64,000 bases of DNA from positions 4,518 through 68,517 of the forward strand of contig CALODD010000067.1 in assembly GCA_942491945.1 (NCBI GenBank). Reading direction: 5' to 3'. Positions 43,324 through 57,264 of this stretch are shown in pieces; the first letter of the stretch is position 1, and each line of letters starts with the position of its first letter. The notes under the pieces were generated by a model that was given only the letters and a program-made list of their open reading frames with translations, was not told where the DNA came from and ran no database searches. This DNA comes from an uncultured Gammaproteobacteria bacterium. Its GTDB lineage: Bacteria > Pseudomonadota > Gammaproteobacteria > JAJDYQ01. The position numbers and the translations under genes are program-made.

Positions 43324-44022
43324 TTATTCAGGAAATCCAAACTCACTCCCATTAATCTCAACATCACGCTTTTGAAGATAAGATTCTTTCAGGAATTCAT
43401 AACGATCCAGCGCAGCTTTTTCCAGCACATTAGATGCACCGAGTAAATCAGCACGTGTATCAATGGCTTCTGTCACCAGCAACGAGTTACGTGTTGGGAT
43501 ATGGTCGATTTTGTACATTGGATCGAAGGCCTGATTATCAACCGCGAAACCAATAGTATCGCGTACGGTGCTTGGGCCGAGTAAGGGTAGTACCAGATAA
43601 GGGCCATTGCCGACGCCCCAGCGACCTAATGTCTGACCGAAATCTTCATTATGTTTTTTGAAGCCCATGCCGGTAGCGACATCAAACAGGCCAAAGATGC
43701 CGATGGTGCTATTGATCAGTACGCGAGCAATATCAGAACCACCCTGTTTCACTTCAAACTGTAATAAACCATTAACGGCAGTAACAACGTCATTGATATT
43801 GCCGAAGAAGTTACTCACGCCTTTGTCGACGGGGCCAGGCACGACAGCGCGGTAGCCCTTGGCAACAGGTTTGAACAGAGCATTATCCAGCCCTTCATTG
43901 AAATTGAACATTGCACGGTTAAAACCTTCGATCGGGTCACGGTCATCACCATTGGTTGCACAGCCACCGAGAAAAACGGTCAGAGAAAGAAATAAAGTTG
44001 TTAGTATTTTTGTAAGCGTCAT
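43324..44022 (-). CDS. mlaA: MlaA/VacJ family lipoprotein
   Basis: Lipobox LGGC, DPIEGFNRAMFNFN, INSTIGIFGLFDVA, EDFGQTLG, YLVLPLLGPSTVRD. Confidence 0.93.
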   Translation of the reverse strand: MTLTKILTTLFLSLTVFLGGCATNGDDRDPIEGFNRAMFNFNEGLDNALFKPVAKGYRAVVPGPVDKGVSNFFGNINDVVTAVNGLLQFEVKQGGSDIARVLINSTIGIFGLFDVATGMGFKKHNEDFGQTLGRWGVGNGPYLVLPLLGPSTVRDTIGFAVDNQAFDPMYKIDHIPTRNSLLVTEAIDTRADLLGASNVLEKAALDRYEFLKESYLQKRDVEINGSEFGFPE

Positions 44023-44025
44023 TTT

Positions 44026-44034
44026 TTATCCACA
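44026..44034. promoter_or_regulatory. Isolated DnaA box in the AT-rich mlaA-mnmG spacer
   Basis: Perfect TTATCCACA directly upstream of the mlaA start. Confidence 0.5.
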
Positions 44035-44239
44035 ACTGTTGTCCGGAAACAACATGCAATTATATACTATCCGGGAAAGGGCTTATTTCTGTTTCTCATA
44101 AATCTTTGAACACAGAACATTAATGGTAATATGTATCCTTAGTTAAAGGAAATGCTTAAATTCATTTCCTAGCCAGTTAGTGCAAAACTTTTTAATACTG
44201 TTTGATTTTAGCAACAGTATCTAATTCAGGGTTTATTTC

Positions 44240-46117
44240 ATGCAGCAATTTGATGTCATCGTCATAGGTGGTGGACACGCCGGCACAGAAGCCGCGCTGG
44301 CTGCTGCGCGTATGGGTGCGCAGACGCTGTTGATTACCCAGAATATCGAAACACTGGGTCAGATGAGTTGTAACCCGGCAATTGGCGGAATTGGCAAAGG
44401 CCATCTGGTGAAAGAAATCGACGCCCTCGGTGGCGCAATGGCCCATGCCGCTGATCTGGGTGGTATACATTTTCGAACGTTAAATGGCAGTAAAGGCCCG
44501 GCGGTTCGCGCGACCCGTGCGCAGGCAGATCGATCACTGTACAAGCAGGCGATTCGTAGCATTCTGGAGAATCAGCCGAATCTGACGATTTTTCAGCAAA
44601 TGGTCGAAGACCTGATTGTGGAGAACGACCAGGTTACAGGCGTCGTTACTCAGCTCGGTCTAGATATCAAAGCCCGATCAGTCGTTTTGACGGTCGGTAC
44701 ATTTCTTGATGGTCGTATTCATGTTGGTCTCGACAACCATCCGGGTGGCCGGGCAGGGGATCCGCCTTCCAGTGGTCTGGCGCATCGTCTACGTGCATTA
44801 CCATTGAATGTCGGTCGCCTGAAAACTGGCACGCCACCGCGTATTGATGGCAAGACTATTGATTACAGCAATCTGGCTGAACAGCCGGGTGATACACCCC
44901 GTCCAGTTTTTTCTTTCATGGGTCATCGCGATGATCACCCTGAACAGACGTCCTGCTGGATTACCCGAACCAACGAAAAGACACATGAAATCATTCGCGA
45001 AGGTTTTTCCCGTTCGCCGATGTTTACCGGTGTCATTGAAGGAACTGGCCCACGTTATTGTCCGTCGATTGAAGACAAGGTGGAACGTTTTGCAGATCGT
45101 GATGAGCATCGTATCTTTATCGAGCCAGAAGGTCTGCATACCCACGAGATTTACCCAAATGGTATTTCCACTAGCCTGCCTTTTGATATTCAACAACGCT
45201 TGATTCAAAGCATCGAGGGTTTTGAAAATGCCGTTATTACCCGTCCTGGCTATGCTATCGAATATGACTTTTTTGATCCGCGTGATCTGAAGCCAACGCT
45301 GGAAAATGGTTTTCTAAAAGGGCTGTTTTTTGCCGGACAGATTAATGGCACAACCGGTTACGAAGAAGCGGCTGCTCAGGGATTGATGGCCGGTGCCAAT
45401 GCCGCGTTGCAAGTTCAGGATAAACCAGCATTTACACTGAAACGCGATGAAGCTTATATCGGCGTATTGATTGATGATCTAATTACCATGGGTACCAGCG
45501 AACCGTACAGAATGTTTACTTCGCGCGCAGAGTATCGATTGATCTTACGTGAAGACAATGCGGATTTACGTCTGACACCCATGGGTAGAGAGCTTGGTCT
45601 GGTGGAGGATGCCCGCTGGCAGCGACTACAGGAAAAGCAGGAACATATTGAAAAAGAGCGGGATCGTTTGTCGAATCTGCTCATCCGTCCGCAAGACGAA
45701 GCTGCGAAACAAATCAGTGAGATGGCGGGAAATGCTATGTCGCGTGAACAAAAGGCGATTGAAGTTCTGGCTCGTCCTGAAATGACCTATGAGATTCTGA
45801 CCAATATGCCGGGTATGGGCCCTGCGGTTGAAGATGATCAGGTCGCGGAGCAGGTTGAAATCCAGGTGTCTTACGCTGGATATATCAAACGACAAAATGT
45901 CGAAATCGAGAAAGCCCGCCGTAATGAAGAAACCGCTTTGCCAGAATCACTGGATTATCAGGATGTGTCAGGCCTGTCGAACGAAGTGACGGAAAAACTC
46001 AATCGGCATAAACCAGCGACGATTGGCCAGGCGTCTCGAATTTCTGGTGTAACACCGGCTGCAGTATCATTTTTGCTTGTGCACCTGAAGCGGCACGATT
46101 TAAAGAAGTCGGCCTAG
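44240..46117 (+). CDS. mnmG: tRNA uridine-5-carboxymethylaminomethyl modification enzyme MnmG (GidA)
   Basis: [57 protein letters not shown]. Confidence 0.98.
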   Translation: MQQFDVIVIGGGHAGTEAALAAARMGAQTLLITQNIETLGQMSCNPAIGGIGKGHLVKEIDALGGAMAHAADLGGIHFRTLNGSKGPAVRATRAQADRSLYKQAIRSILENQPNLTIFQQMVEDLIVENDQVTGVVTQLGLDIKARSVVLTVGTFLDGRIHVGLDNHPGGRAGDPPSSGLAHRLRALPLNVGRLKTGTPPRIDGKTIDYSNLAEQPGDTPRPVFSFMGHRDDHPEQTSCWITRTNEKTHEIIREGFSRSPMFTGVIEGTGPRYCPSIEDKVERFADRDEHRIFIEPEGLHTHEIYPNGISTSLPFDIQQRLIQSIEGFENAVITRPGYAIEYDFFDPRDLKPTLENGFLKGLFFAGQINGTTGYEEAAAQGLMAGANAALQVQDKPAFTLKRDEAYIGVLIDDLITMGTSEPYRMFTSRAEYRLILREDNADLRLTPMGRELGLVEDARWQRLQEKQEHIEKERDRLSNLLIRPQDEAAKQISEMAGNAMSREQKAIEVLARPEMTYEILTNMPGMGPAVEDDQVAEQVEIQVSYAGYIKRQNVEIEKARRNEETALPESLDYQDVSGLSNEVTEKLNRHKPATIGQASRISGVTPAAVSFLLVHLKRHDLKKSA

Positions 46118-46120
46118 TTT

Positions 46121-46734
46121 GTGACGGGTGATATGGATGAGGCCTTGCTTCGCGGGCTTGATGAGCTAGGCGTTGCCGATTTTCGTCTTCGATCTGGCAA
46201 TATTTCCAACTCTTAAAACGCTGGAATAAGGCGTATAACCTGATTGCCCCTGCGAAAGATGCTGTCCTATACGGTCGGCATATCTTTGATAGTCTTTCCG
46301 TAAGGAAATATGTCAAAGGGCCTCGCCTGCTGGATGTTGGAACAGGCGCGGGGCTTCCCGGATTATTACTAGCTGTTACAATGCCCGATCAGGAGTGGAC
46401 GCTACTGGATGCTAACGGCAAAAAGACCCGGTTTTGTGAACAGGCTGTTCTGGAACTTGGCTTGAAGAATGTCACGGTGGTTCAGCAGCGAATAGAGCAT
46501 CATCAACCGACCGATTGTTATCAGACCATCATCAGTCGGGCCTATGATCAGGCAGGCGACTTTGTGTCATCAACATCCAGACTGGTATGTGATGGTGGGC
46601 AAATTCTTGCTATGAAGGGAAAAATTGATGCGGAGGAGAAGGCTGTTGCGGAATCAAGCGGTCTTCATTTGGATATAGCGACTTTGCACGTGCCAGGGAT
46701 AGATGGGCAAAGACATTTGATGATTTTTAATTAA
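46121..46734 (+). CDS. rsmG: 16S rRNA m7G527 methyltransferase RsmG (GidB); one frameshift near 46180, probably a homopolymer error
   Basis: [42 protein letters not shown]. Adding one T to the T run at ~46180 joins GTG 46121 to the downstream frame. Confidence 0.9.
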
Positions 46735-46735
46735 T

Positions 46736-47533
46736 ATGGCCAGAGTAATCGCCATCACCAATCAGAAGGGCGGCGTTGGGAAAACCACGACTAGCGTGAA
46801 TCTCGCAGCATCGTTTGCTGCGGCCAAGCGCCGTGTCCTGTTGATAGACCTGGATCCGCAGGGCAATGCTACTATGGGTAGTGGTGTTAACAAGAAAAAT
46901 CTCGATCTATCTTCTTATGAACTGCTATTGCATGAGGCGGGGCCTGAAAAGATTGCGCAAAGGGTAAAGACAACCGGTTACTGGTTGATCGGCACTAATA
47001 GTGACCTGACCGGCGCGGAGGTCGCACTGATGGAAGAGATCGGTCGCGAAGTTCGACTGCGTAGCGCACTCGAATCAGTTCAGGATAAATTCGACTATAT
47101 ACTTATAGATTGTCCGCCTTCGTTGAGCATTCTCACGGTTAATGCCCTGGTTGCAGCCGAGACAGTGATTATTCCGATGCAGTGTGAGTACTATGCGCTT
47201 GAAGGCTTGAGTGCTCTGGTTAATACCGTGGAAAAGATTCGCAAGCTGCTAAATCCAAAATTACGTATCGAGGGGCTATTACGTACCATGTATGATCCAC
47301 GTAATAATCTGGCGAACCAGGTATCTCAGCAGTTAATTAAACATTTTGGTGATCGGGTTTACAGCACGGTTATCCCACGCAATGTTCGTCTGGCAGAGGC
47401 GCCGAGCCATGGACTGCCGGCATTGATGTATGACAAACAGTCCAGGGGCGCGATGGCCTATCTTGCACTGGCTGGAGAAATATTCAGGAAAGATGGTTCT
47501 GTACCGAATAATCCTGAATCACGAATACAGTAA
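46736..47533 (+). CDS. parA: Chromosome partitioning ATPase ParA
   Basis: [52 protein letters not shown]. Confidence 0.97.
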   Translation: MARVIAITNQKGGVGKTTTSVNLAASFAAAKRRVLLIDLDPQGNATMGSGVNKKNLDLSSYELLLHEAGPEKIAQRVKTTGYWLIGTNSDLTGAEVALMEEIGREVRLRSALESVQDKFDYILIDCPPSLSILTVNALVAAETVIIPMQCEYYALEGLSALVNTVEKIRKLLNPKLRIEGLLRTMYDPRNNLANQVSQQLIKHFGDRVYSTVIPRNVRLAEAPSHGLPALMYDKQSRGAMAYLALAGEIFRKDGSVPNNPESRIQ

Positions 47534-47544
47534 GGAAGCGATAA

Positions 47545-48412
47545 ATGGCTAAAAAAAGAGGACTGGGACGAGGACTGGATGCCTTGTTATCAGGGGGCCT
47601 GGCGGCCACAGAAGATGCCGCGGAGCCACTGGATTCGGATTTAAGAGATATCCCCGTCGATTTGCTGCAACGAGGTCGTTATCAACCGCGAGTTGATATG
47701 CGCGAAGAGACTCTGGCGGATCTGGCCGAATCCATCAAAGCCCAGGGTGTTGTACAGCCAATCGTCGTTCGCCCTATCGGCGAGGGCCGTTACGAAATCA
47801 TTGCCGGTGAGCGCCGTTGGCGTGCTTCGCAGCTTGCCGGCAAGCAGGAAATCCCAGCTGTCGTGCGCGATGTGCCAGACGAGGCAGCTGTCGCGATGGC
47901 GCTTATTGAGAATATCCAGCGAGAAAACCTGAATCCACTGGAAGAGGCGAATGCACTACAGCGCCTGATTGAAGAATTTGAAATGACGCATCAGGAAGCC
48001 GGTGTTGCGGTAGGTCGTTCCCGTGCAGCTGTGAGCAACCTGTTGCGATTGCTTGAGTTGAGCCCGACGGTAAAACCGTTGCTGGAAACCGGCGAGCTGG
48101 AAATGGGTCATGCCCGTACATTACTGGCTTTGCCAGCAGAGCAGCAGGCGGTGGCGGCCAAAGAGATCGTGGCTAAAGGCATGTCTGTGCGAGGTGCTGA
48201 GGCCTATGTGAAAAGTCTGCAGCAGCCAGCAGCGAAAAAAATCGGCAACTTCGGCGAAAAAAGACCCGGATGTGGCGCGTCTGGAGAACTCCCTGGCGGA
48301 TAAATTATCGGCTAAGGTCAGTATTGCAGCGAATCCGGCTGGCAAAGGCAAATTACAGATTAGCTTTAATTCACTGGATGAGCTTGAGGGAATCCTTGAG
48401 CATATTCGATGA
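47545..48412 (+). CDS. parB: Chromosome partitioning protein ParB; one frameshift at the A7 run ~48235-48241, probably a homopolymer error
   Basis: RGLGRGLDALL, YQPR, IIAGERRWRA, ENIQRENLN, HTH. Removing one A restores DPDVARLENSLADKL...LDELEGILEHIR to TGA at 48410-48412. Confidence 0.93.
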
Positions 48413-48469
48413 TGGCATAATAAATTTTAATTATTGAATTAAAAAGCCAGTATTTCGTCAGCTAATGCA

Positions 48470-48499
48470 TTGACCCTATGGTACGCCCCCTTTTATACT
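48470..48499 (+). promoter_or_regulatory. Sigma70 promoter for the atp operon
   Basis: TTGACC, 18-bp spacer, TATACT, followed by a GC-rich discriminator. Confidence 0.55.
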
Positions 48500-48596
48500 G
48501 CGCCCGCTTGCTCGCAGAGTGATTTGCGATAGTGAAGAGGGAGCTTCCAGGCAGCTTACCAGGTCCAGGTGATCTGGTACTCAGAGAACTAGAAAT

Positions 48597-48947
48597 ATGC
48601 GTATCTTGATAGGTACACAGCTTTTGGCAGCAGTCGTCGCGTCGATAGTCGCGTTTAACATGGTTGCCACCTCTGGGATGCTTGCCCTGATTTACGGTGC
48701 TTCGATAGGTGTTTTGATTACACTGTTAGTGCGCCGAAGCACAGATAAAGCTCTGGAAACAGCAGTTGAAAATCCCGGACATGGGGTTGTGGTGATGTTT
48801 TCAGGCTTTGCGTTGAGATACGCAGTGGCAATCCTGGGATTGCTGATAGGTTTTAAGACACTAAAGCTAATGGCAGTTCCGATGATTGCCGGCTTTATAT
48901 TAATGATAATAGTTCAGGTGTTTATCTCATTTCGGGTAAGCAACTGA
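48597..48947 (+). CDS. atpI: ATP synthase protein I
   Basis: Four hydrophobic helices; first gene of the atp operon. Confidence 0.75.
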   Translation: MRILIGTQLLAAVVASIVAFNMVATSGMLALIYGASIGVLITLLVRRSTDKALETAVENPGHGVVVMFSGFALRYAVAILGLLIGFKTLKLMAVPMIAGFILMIIVQVFISFRVSN

Positions 48948-48963
48948 TTAACTGACAACTTGA

Positions 48964-49863
<900 letters not shown>

Positions 49864-49870
49864 TTTTTAG

Positions 49871-50125
<255 letters not shown>

Positions 50126-50164
50126 TCGCAAAATTTATTTTTAGAAATAAACGGGTAAGTTCAT

Positions 50165-50635
50165 ATGAACATCAATGCAACGTTAATCGGTCAGTCAATT
50201 ACCTTTGCGGTCTTTGTCTGGTTCTGCATGAAGTTTGTCTGGCCGCCAATCATGGCCGCCCTGGAAGAACGTAAGCAGAAAATTGCTGACGGCCTTGCAG
50301 CAGCGGAGCGCGGCGCTAAAGAACAAGAACTAGCACAGGCAAAGGCGACGGAAACCTTGAAAGAGGCGAAAGAGCAGGCACGTACGATTATCTCGCAAGC
50401 TGAAAAGCGTCATGCGGAGATCGTTGAGCAAGCCAAAGATGATGCCAAAGAAGAGGCTGCAAAAATTGTGGCTGGCGCACAGGCTGAGGTTGAGCAAGAA
50501 GCTAATCGTGCTCGTGAAGAGCTGCGTGGCAAAGTTATTGATCTTGCGTTGGCTGCGTCTAGCAAAATTCTTGAACGTGAAGTTAAAGTGGAAGACCACA
50601 ATGCTTCACTCGAGAAATTGAGCGCGAGTCTTTAA
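50165..50635 (+). CDS. atpF: F0 subunit b
   Basis: [27 protein letters not shown]. Confidence 0.97.
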   Translation: MNINATLIGQSITFAVFVWFCMKFVWPPIMAALEERKQKIADGLAAAERGAKEQELAQAKATETLKEAKEQARTIISQAEKRHAEIVEQAKDDAKEEAAKIVAGAQAEVEQEANRAREELRGKVIDLALAASSKILEREVKVEDHNASLEKLSASL

Positions 50636-50650
50636 GGAACGGTATTAGTC

Positions 50651-51187
50651 ATGTCTGAAGCAAAAACGATTGCAAGACCCTACGCTGTAGCGGCCTGGCG
50701 TCATGCGAAAAGCCAGGACAAGCAAGAGCTCTGGGCTGAAATGCTCGACTTCATGGCTGCAGTAGTCGGTGACGATACGATGTCTACTGTTGTTTCTGAC
50801 CCGCGTGTTGGCAGTGAAGTTATGAGTAGTCTGATGCTTGAGATCTGCGGTGGTCACATCAACGATACTGGTGAAGCGTTTGTTAAGTTACTGGTTGCTA
50901 ACGGCAAGCTGGCATTGATGCCAGAGATTGCGGCGGTATTTAACGAGCTACAGGCTGAAGCTGGTGGCGCTATCCATGCAACGCTGACGGCAGCGTACGC
51001 TGTGAATGCCAAGATTGAACAAGATTTAGCTGCTGCACTACAGAAGAAGCTAGATCGCGAAGTTAGTTTTTCGACCGAAATCGATAAAGACCTGCTTGGC
51101 GGTGTCGTGATTCGAGCCGGTGATATGGTGATTGACGCTTCTGTCCGTGGACAGATTCAGGCGCTCGCCGCGGAACTAAGAATTTAG
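50651..51187 (+). CDS. atpH: F1 subunit delta
   Basis: TIARPYA, LLGGVVIRAGDMVIDAS. Confidence 0.96.
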   Translation: MSEAKTIARPYAVAAWRHAKSQDKQELWAEMLDFMAAVVGDDTMSTVVSDPRVGSEVMSSLMLEICGGHINDTGEAFVKLLVANGKLALMPEIAAVFNELQAEAGGAIHATLTAAYAVNAKIEQDLAAALQKKLDREVSFSTEIDKDLLGGVVIRAGDMVIDASVRGQIQALAAELRI

Positions 51188-51224
51188 AGATTATTTACAT
51201 TAGATTTTAAGAGGGCTTATAGCC

Positions 51225-52766
51225 ATGCAACTCAGCGCAACAGAAATTTCTGATTTAATTCAGAAGAAAATTGAAAATTTCGAAATGCCAACCGAGGCAA
51301 AGACCGAAGGTACGGTCGTTAGCTTAACGGATGGTATTGCTCGCATTCACGGTCTGTCTGATGTTATGCAGGGCGAGATGATTGATTTTGGCCAGGGCGT
51401 CATGGGAATGGCTCTTAACCTTGAGCGTGACTCTGTTGGTGCGGTTGTTCTCGGTGACTACGAAAAGATATCAGAAGGTGACACGGCCAAATGTACTGGC
51501 CGCATCATGGAAGTGCCTGTTGGCGAAGGCCTGCTCGGTCGTGTTGTTGATGCACTGGGTAATCCTATTGATGGAAAAGGTCCAGTTGAAGCTGAGCGTC
51601 ATGAGCCAGTTGAAAAAGTTGCACCGGGCGTAATTTCTCGTCAATCAGTTGATCAGCCGGTTCAAATTGGATTGAAAGCAATTGATGCGATGGTGCCTGT
51701 TGGTCGTGGCCAACGTGAATTGATTATTGGCGATCGCCAGACTGGTAAAACAGCGATTGCCATTGACGCGATTATTAATCAGAAAGGCACAGGCGTTAAA
51801 TGTGTTTATGTGGCTATTGGCCAGAAAGCATCAGGTGTTGCTGGTGTTGTTCGTAAATTAGAAGAGCATGGCGCAATGGCTCATACGATTGTGGTTGCAG
51901 CGACAGCGGCTGAATCGGCGGCATTACAGTTTGTTGCACCGTATTCTGGTTGTTCTATGGGCGAATACTTCCGTGATAAAGGTGAAGACGCACTGATTAT
52001 CTATGATGATTTAACCAAGCAGGCCTGGGCATATCGTCAGGTTTCATTGCTACTGCGTCGTCCACCGGGTCGTGAAGCTTATCCTGGTGATGTTTTTTAT
52101 CTGCATTCACGTCTGCTTGAGCGTGCTGCTCGAATCAATGCCGACCATGTTGAAAAAATTACTGACGGTAAAGTTAAAGGTAAGACTGGTTCATTAACTG
52201 CATTACCGATTATTGAAACACAGGCCGGTGACGTATCTGCTTTCGTACCAACTAACGTTATTTCGATTACAGATGGTCAGATCTTCCTGGAATCAGATTT
52301 GTTCAACGCAAACGTTCGTCCAGCAATCAACGCAGGCCTTTCAGTCTCACGTGTTGGTGGTGCCGCCCAGACAAATATCATCAAGAAGTTAGGTGGTGGT
52401 ACTCGTTTAACGCTTGCTCAGTATCGCGAACTCGCAGCTTTTGCACAGTTTGCTTCTGACCTTGATGATGCAACACGTAAGCAGCTAGAACGTGGACAAC
52501 GTGTAACTGAATTAATGAAACAGCCTCAGTATGCGCCACTTGGTGTTGCTGATATGGGTGTTTCGCTTTATGCCGCTAACGAAGGCTATCTCGATGATGT
52601 CGAACTGGAAAATATTGGCGCGTTCGAAAGCGCGTTAATCGCCTACATGAATAGCTCACATACCGATCTTATGAACAAGATTAATGAAACAGGCGATTGG
52701 AATGATGAAATAGCAGATAAATTTAAGGCTGCACTGGACGATTTTGTTGCTAACCAGACTTGGTAA
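51225..52766 (+). CDS. atpA: F1 subunit alpha
   Basis: [37 protein letters not shown]. Confidence 0.99.
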   Translation: MQLSATEISDLIQKKIENFEMPTEAKTEGTVVSLTDGIARIHGLSDVMQGEMIDFGQGVMGMALNLERDSVGAVVLGDYEKISEGDTAKCTGRIMEVPVGEGLLGRVVDALGNPIDGKGPVEAERHEPVEKVAPGVISRQSVDQPVQIGLKAIDAMVPVGRGQRELIIGDRQTGKTAIAIDAIINQKGTGVKCVYVAIGQKASGVAGVVRKLEEHGAMAHTIVVAATAAESAALQFVAPYSGCSMGEYFRDKGEDALIIYDDLTKQAWAYRQVSLLLRRPPGREAYPGDVFYLHSRLLERAARINADHVEKITDGKVKGKTGSLTALPIIETQAGDVSAFVPTNVISITDGQIFLESDLFNANVRPAINAGLSVSRVGGAAQTNIIKKLGGGTRLTLAQYRELAAFAQFASDLDDATRKQLERGQRVTELMKQPQYAPLGVADMGVSLYAANEGYLDDVELENIGAFESALIAYMNSSHTDLMNKINETGDWNDEIADKFKAALDDFVANQTW

Positions 52767-52800
52767 TCCAGTTACTGGTTGATAAACGGGAATAACCTGT

Positions 52801-53664
52801 ATGGCAAACGAAAAAGAAATTCGGACGAAAATTGGTAGCGTTCAAAATACGCAGAAGATCACTAGCGCCATGGAAATGGTTGCGGCGTCTAAAATGCGTA
52901 AGGCACAGGAGCGTATGTTAGCTGCCCGTCCTTATGCAGATAAAATTCGTAATGTAATTGCACATATGTCCTATGCGCATAGTGAATATAACCATCCGTT
53001 TTTGAAAACTCGCGATATTAAACGAGTTGGTTATATCGTAATTACTTCAGACCGTGGTTTATGCGGCGGTTTGAATATCAACTTATTTAAGAAAACACTC
53101 GTTGAACTGCAAGACTGGGATTCAAAGAATGTCGAGATCGACATCTGCGCAATCGGTAAAAAAGCTATTGGTTTTTTTACTCGTCTGGGAAGCAATGTCG
53201 TCAGTGAGAAATCGGATATTGGTGATAAGCCAGCTGCACATGAACTAATTGGTTCAGTAAAAGTTATGCTGGATGCCTATAACGAAGGCACCATTGATCG
53301 CTTGTATCTGGTATCAAATAATTTTGTTAACTCAATGACACAAGATCCTGTTATTCAGACTTTGTTGCCATTGAGTGCACCTGAGGCAAATGATGATCTT
53401 GATAAACATTGGGACTATATCTATGAGCCTGATGCAGCTACTGTACTTGACCAAGTTTTCATGCGTTATATTGAGTCATTGGTTTATCAGGGCGTCACAG
53501 AAAATATAGCCTGCGAGATGTCAGCTCGTATGGTTGCAATGAAGTCGGCAACCGATAATGCAGGTGATCTAATTAACGAGTTACAACTGGTTTATAACAA
53601 AGCCCGTCAGGCTTCGATTACTCAGGAAATTTCTGAAATCGTTAGTGGCGCAGCTGCTGTATAG
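52801..53664 (+). CDS. atpG: F1 subunit gamma
   Basis: [36 protein letters not shown]. Confidence 0.98.
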   Translation: MANEKEIRTKIGSVQNTQKITSAMEMVAASKMRKAQERMLAARPYADKIRNVIAHMSYAHSEYNHPFLKTRDIKRVGYIVITSDRGLCGGLNINLFKKTLVELQDWDSKNVEIDICAIGKKAIGFFTRLGSNVVSEKSDIGDKPAAHELIGSVKVMLDAYNEGTIDRLYLVSNNFVNSMTQDPVIQTLLPLSAPEANDDLDKHWDYIYEPDAATVLDQVFMRYIESLVYQGVTENIACEMSARMVAMKSATDNAGDLINELQLVYNKARQASITQEISEIVSGAAAV

Positions 53665-53711
53665 ATCGTTTACCTTTTTTATAGAATTTAAGTATTAAAC
53701 AGAGGACCTGA

Positions 53712-54920
<1,209 letters not shown>

Positions 54921-54922
54921 AC

Positions 54923-56445
54923 GGAAATCCCGTCATGGTCGGAATCTTGTTGCGCAGGAATAGAATGGTATACTTTGATATCATCGACCCTGCCGCTTCC
55001 ACGAATGAGAAAGGCATCAATGGAGAGAAGTGAATTATCTGGTTGCGCCTCTTTCAGGTCATATTCCAGATCACGGATAACGGTCTGCCACGAACCATCT
55101 TTGAGAGAGGCGCCAAGACCATGATGGATATATGTGCCATCTCCAAGTTTGTCGTAATCTGCAGTAGTGTAGTAGAGGTAGCGAAAGCCATCGGCGGTTT
55201 GTGCTGCAATGTAGACAATACAGTTTTCCTGGTATTGCATATTCCACTCAAGCACCTTGAAGTGTGTAATATTCCAGTTGCTACCGTCTTGATTTCTCAG
55301 CCGGTAGCCATTTTTGGTTTGGCTGCCGATAAATTCTATGACACGGCCTGCTTTTTGTTCATCAAATACATTGGTGATGACAGCACCTTCAGGATCGTTA
55401 TCATAAATTTGCCAACCCAGGGTATCGCTGTCTTCTCCATCTTCAAGCATGATAGACTGGGAATTGATTCCCCGTCAGCCGGGTCAGTTGCAGCCAGCAC
55501 TTCAAAACCATCTCGGACACCATCATTATCAGCATCAGCATCGAGAATATTGATGAGGGAGTCACCATCCGGATCGCTGTTCCAATCGGTGCCCCAGTAG
55601 GTGAGCTCTTCAAAGTCTGTCAGGCCGTCATTATCTGAGTCTTCGTGGTAGGGATGAGTAGCGTAGACGTTGATTTCTTCCTGGTCTGAGATACCATCCA
55701 GGTCAGAGTCGTGGGATTCAGGAATAGCATCGTGGGCCCTGATATCATCGATTCGTCCGCTACCACGGATAAGAAAAGCATCAACGGAAAGCAGGGTATT
55801 ATCTGGTTGGGCTTCTTGCAGGTCATACTCCAGGTCACGGATAACCAGGTGCCAGTTGCCGTCTTTTAAGGATTGACCAAGCCCATGATGGATATAGGTG
55901 TTATCTCCAAGTTTGTCCTCATTTGCAGGGGTGTAGTAAAGATAACGAAAGCCTTTGGTAGTCTGTACTGCAACGTATACAATGAAATTTTCAGAATATC
56001 GTGTGCTCCACTCAAGCACCTTAAAGTCTAGATTATTCCAGGTGGTACCATCTGCATTTTTCAGCCTATAGCCATTTTTGGTGGTAGTGCCGATAAACTC
56101 GATTGCTCTGTCGTCTCGCTGCTCATCAAATACATTGGTTATGGTAGCACCGGCAGGATCGTTGTCATAAATTTCCCAACCTGCGGTGGTCATATCCTCG
56201 CCATCTTCATAGGTCATCTGAACAGCACCACTGGTGATCATTTGTACACGGTTGCCATTCGGATCATACGCATAATTGATGGTCGCACCATCCGCATAGA
56301 TAACGCGGATTAACTGATGTTGAGCATCGTACTCATATTGCACTGTTGCTGCGTGTCCGGGGAGAGTGTTTAGGCCCAGTGCGAAAGCGACAAGGAAGGG
56401 CAATTGATAAAGTGTGGTAATGGAACAGGTGACGAGTGTTTTCAT
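54923..56445 (-). CDS. Secreted YD-repeat protein with two tandem copies of a ~175-aa unknown domain and DxDxDG Ca-binding repeats; frameshift at ~55460 and 3' end lost at the junction
   Basis: AAGGGGA SD plus ATG 56445, signal peptide ending GHA, YEYDAQHQL..YAYDPNGNRV YD repeats, domain copies at 55687-56217 and 54923-55450, DSDLDG/DSDNDG/DADNDG motifs. Confidence 0.8.
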
Positions 56446-57264
56446 GCAGTGAATCCCCTTGTGCTGGATGCAAATTGTGCAAACGGCACTTTCACGAATG
56501 GATGTAAATGGCAGGTTCAGCATTTTCTTTCGTTTTAAAAACCGTTTGCAATGGTGCCTGATCAATCGAGCTTGCTGTAAGTTATAGTTTTTTATGGTTG
56601 TTTTATGTTGTTTATAGGTTGATTAATTTTTCTGTTGTCCTGTTATTCAATTACAACATTGAAACTCGCATAATCAAGGTCTTTTTTTCAACTCGCTGAA
56701 AGCCGTTGTGCCCCAATAATTAAAAATTTTCATCGGAGTTGCTTTTGGCTTGGATGCTCAAGAATTTGATGCAACCATTCCCATCAAGAGCAGCATGTGA
56801 ATCCTTTTGCAGGAGGGGCCGACCCTAACCAAAGCCTGACTGGAATTTTTTTATATGAAAATAGTGGGTGTGTACGGTGACAAAACTCAGGACGCTGAAT
56901 GCTTATGCGGCAAAACATTGGGGGTGGAAATCTTGTGATCAGGGTGAGGCGCTTGATTGAAAATCTCTTTTTCCTGCAAAACTTTGTGATAAGATGAACA
57001 GTGACTAATCAGCAGCACCAACTCTTGACGATCTGCCCGTCCAGCATACCGGTGTATCGAAGTCGGGGCTTGTCCGCTAAGTCGTTCAGTTGGTGAACAT
57101 TTAAAGCACTGCTGAACAGTTACAGTTCGAGGGAGATTGACAGTTTTTAGATCTTTGCTGAATTATGACGATAAACTTGAAGATTTTGAATACTGATAGA
57201 AATCGGATACCATGAAGAAAAATAGGGTTTTTAGATAAATCAAAATTATTGAGTAGGAAATTTT

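Noticed and set aside
44023-44239. E. coli-type oriC upstream of mnmG
   Set aside because: Only one perfect DnaA box, with no box array or GATC cluster.
54923-56445. Classical RHS polymorphic toxin
   Set aside because: Only about two YD repeats, no RHS core or PxxxxDPxG motif, and no toxin tip or immunity gene visible.
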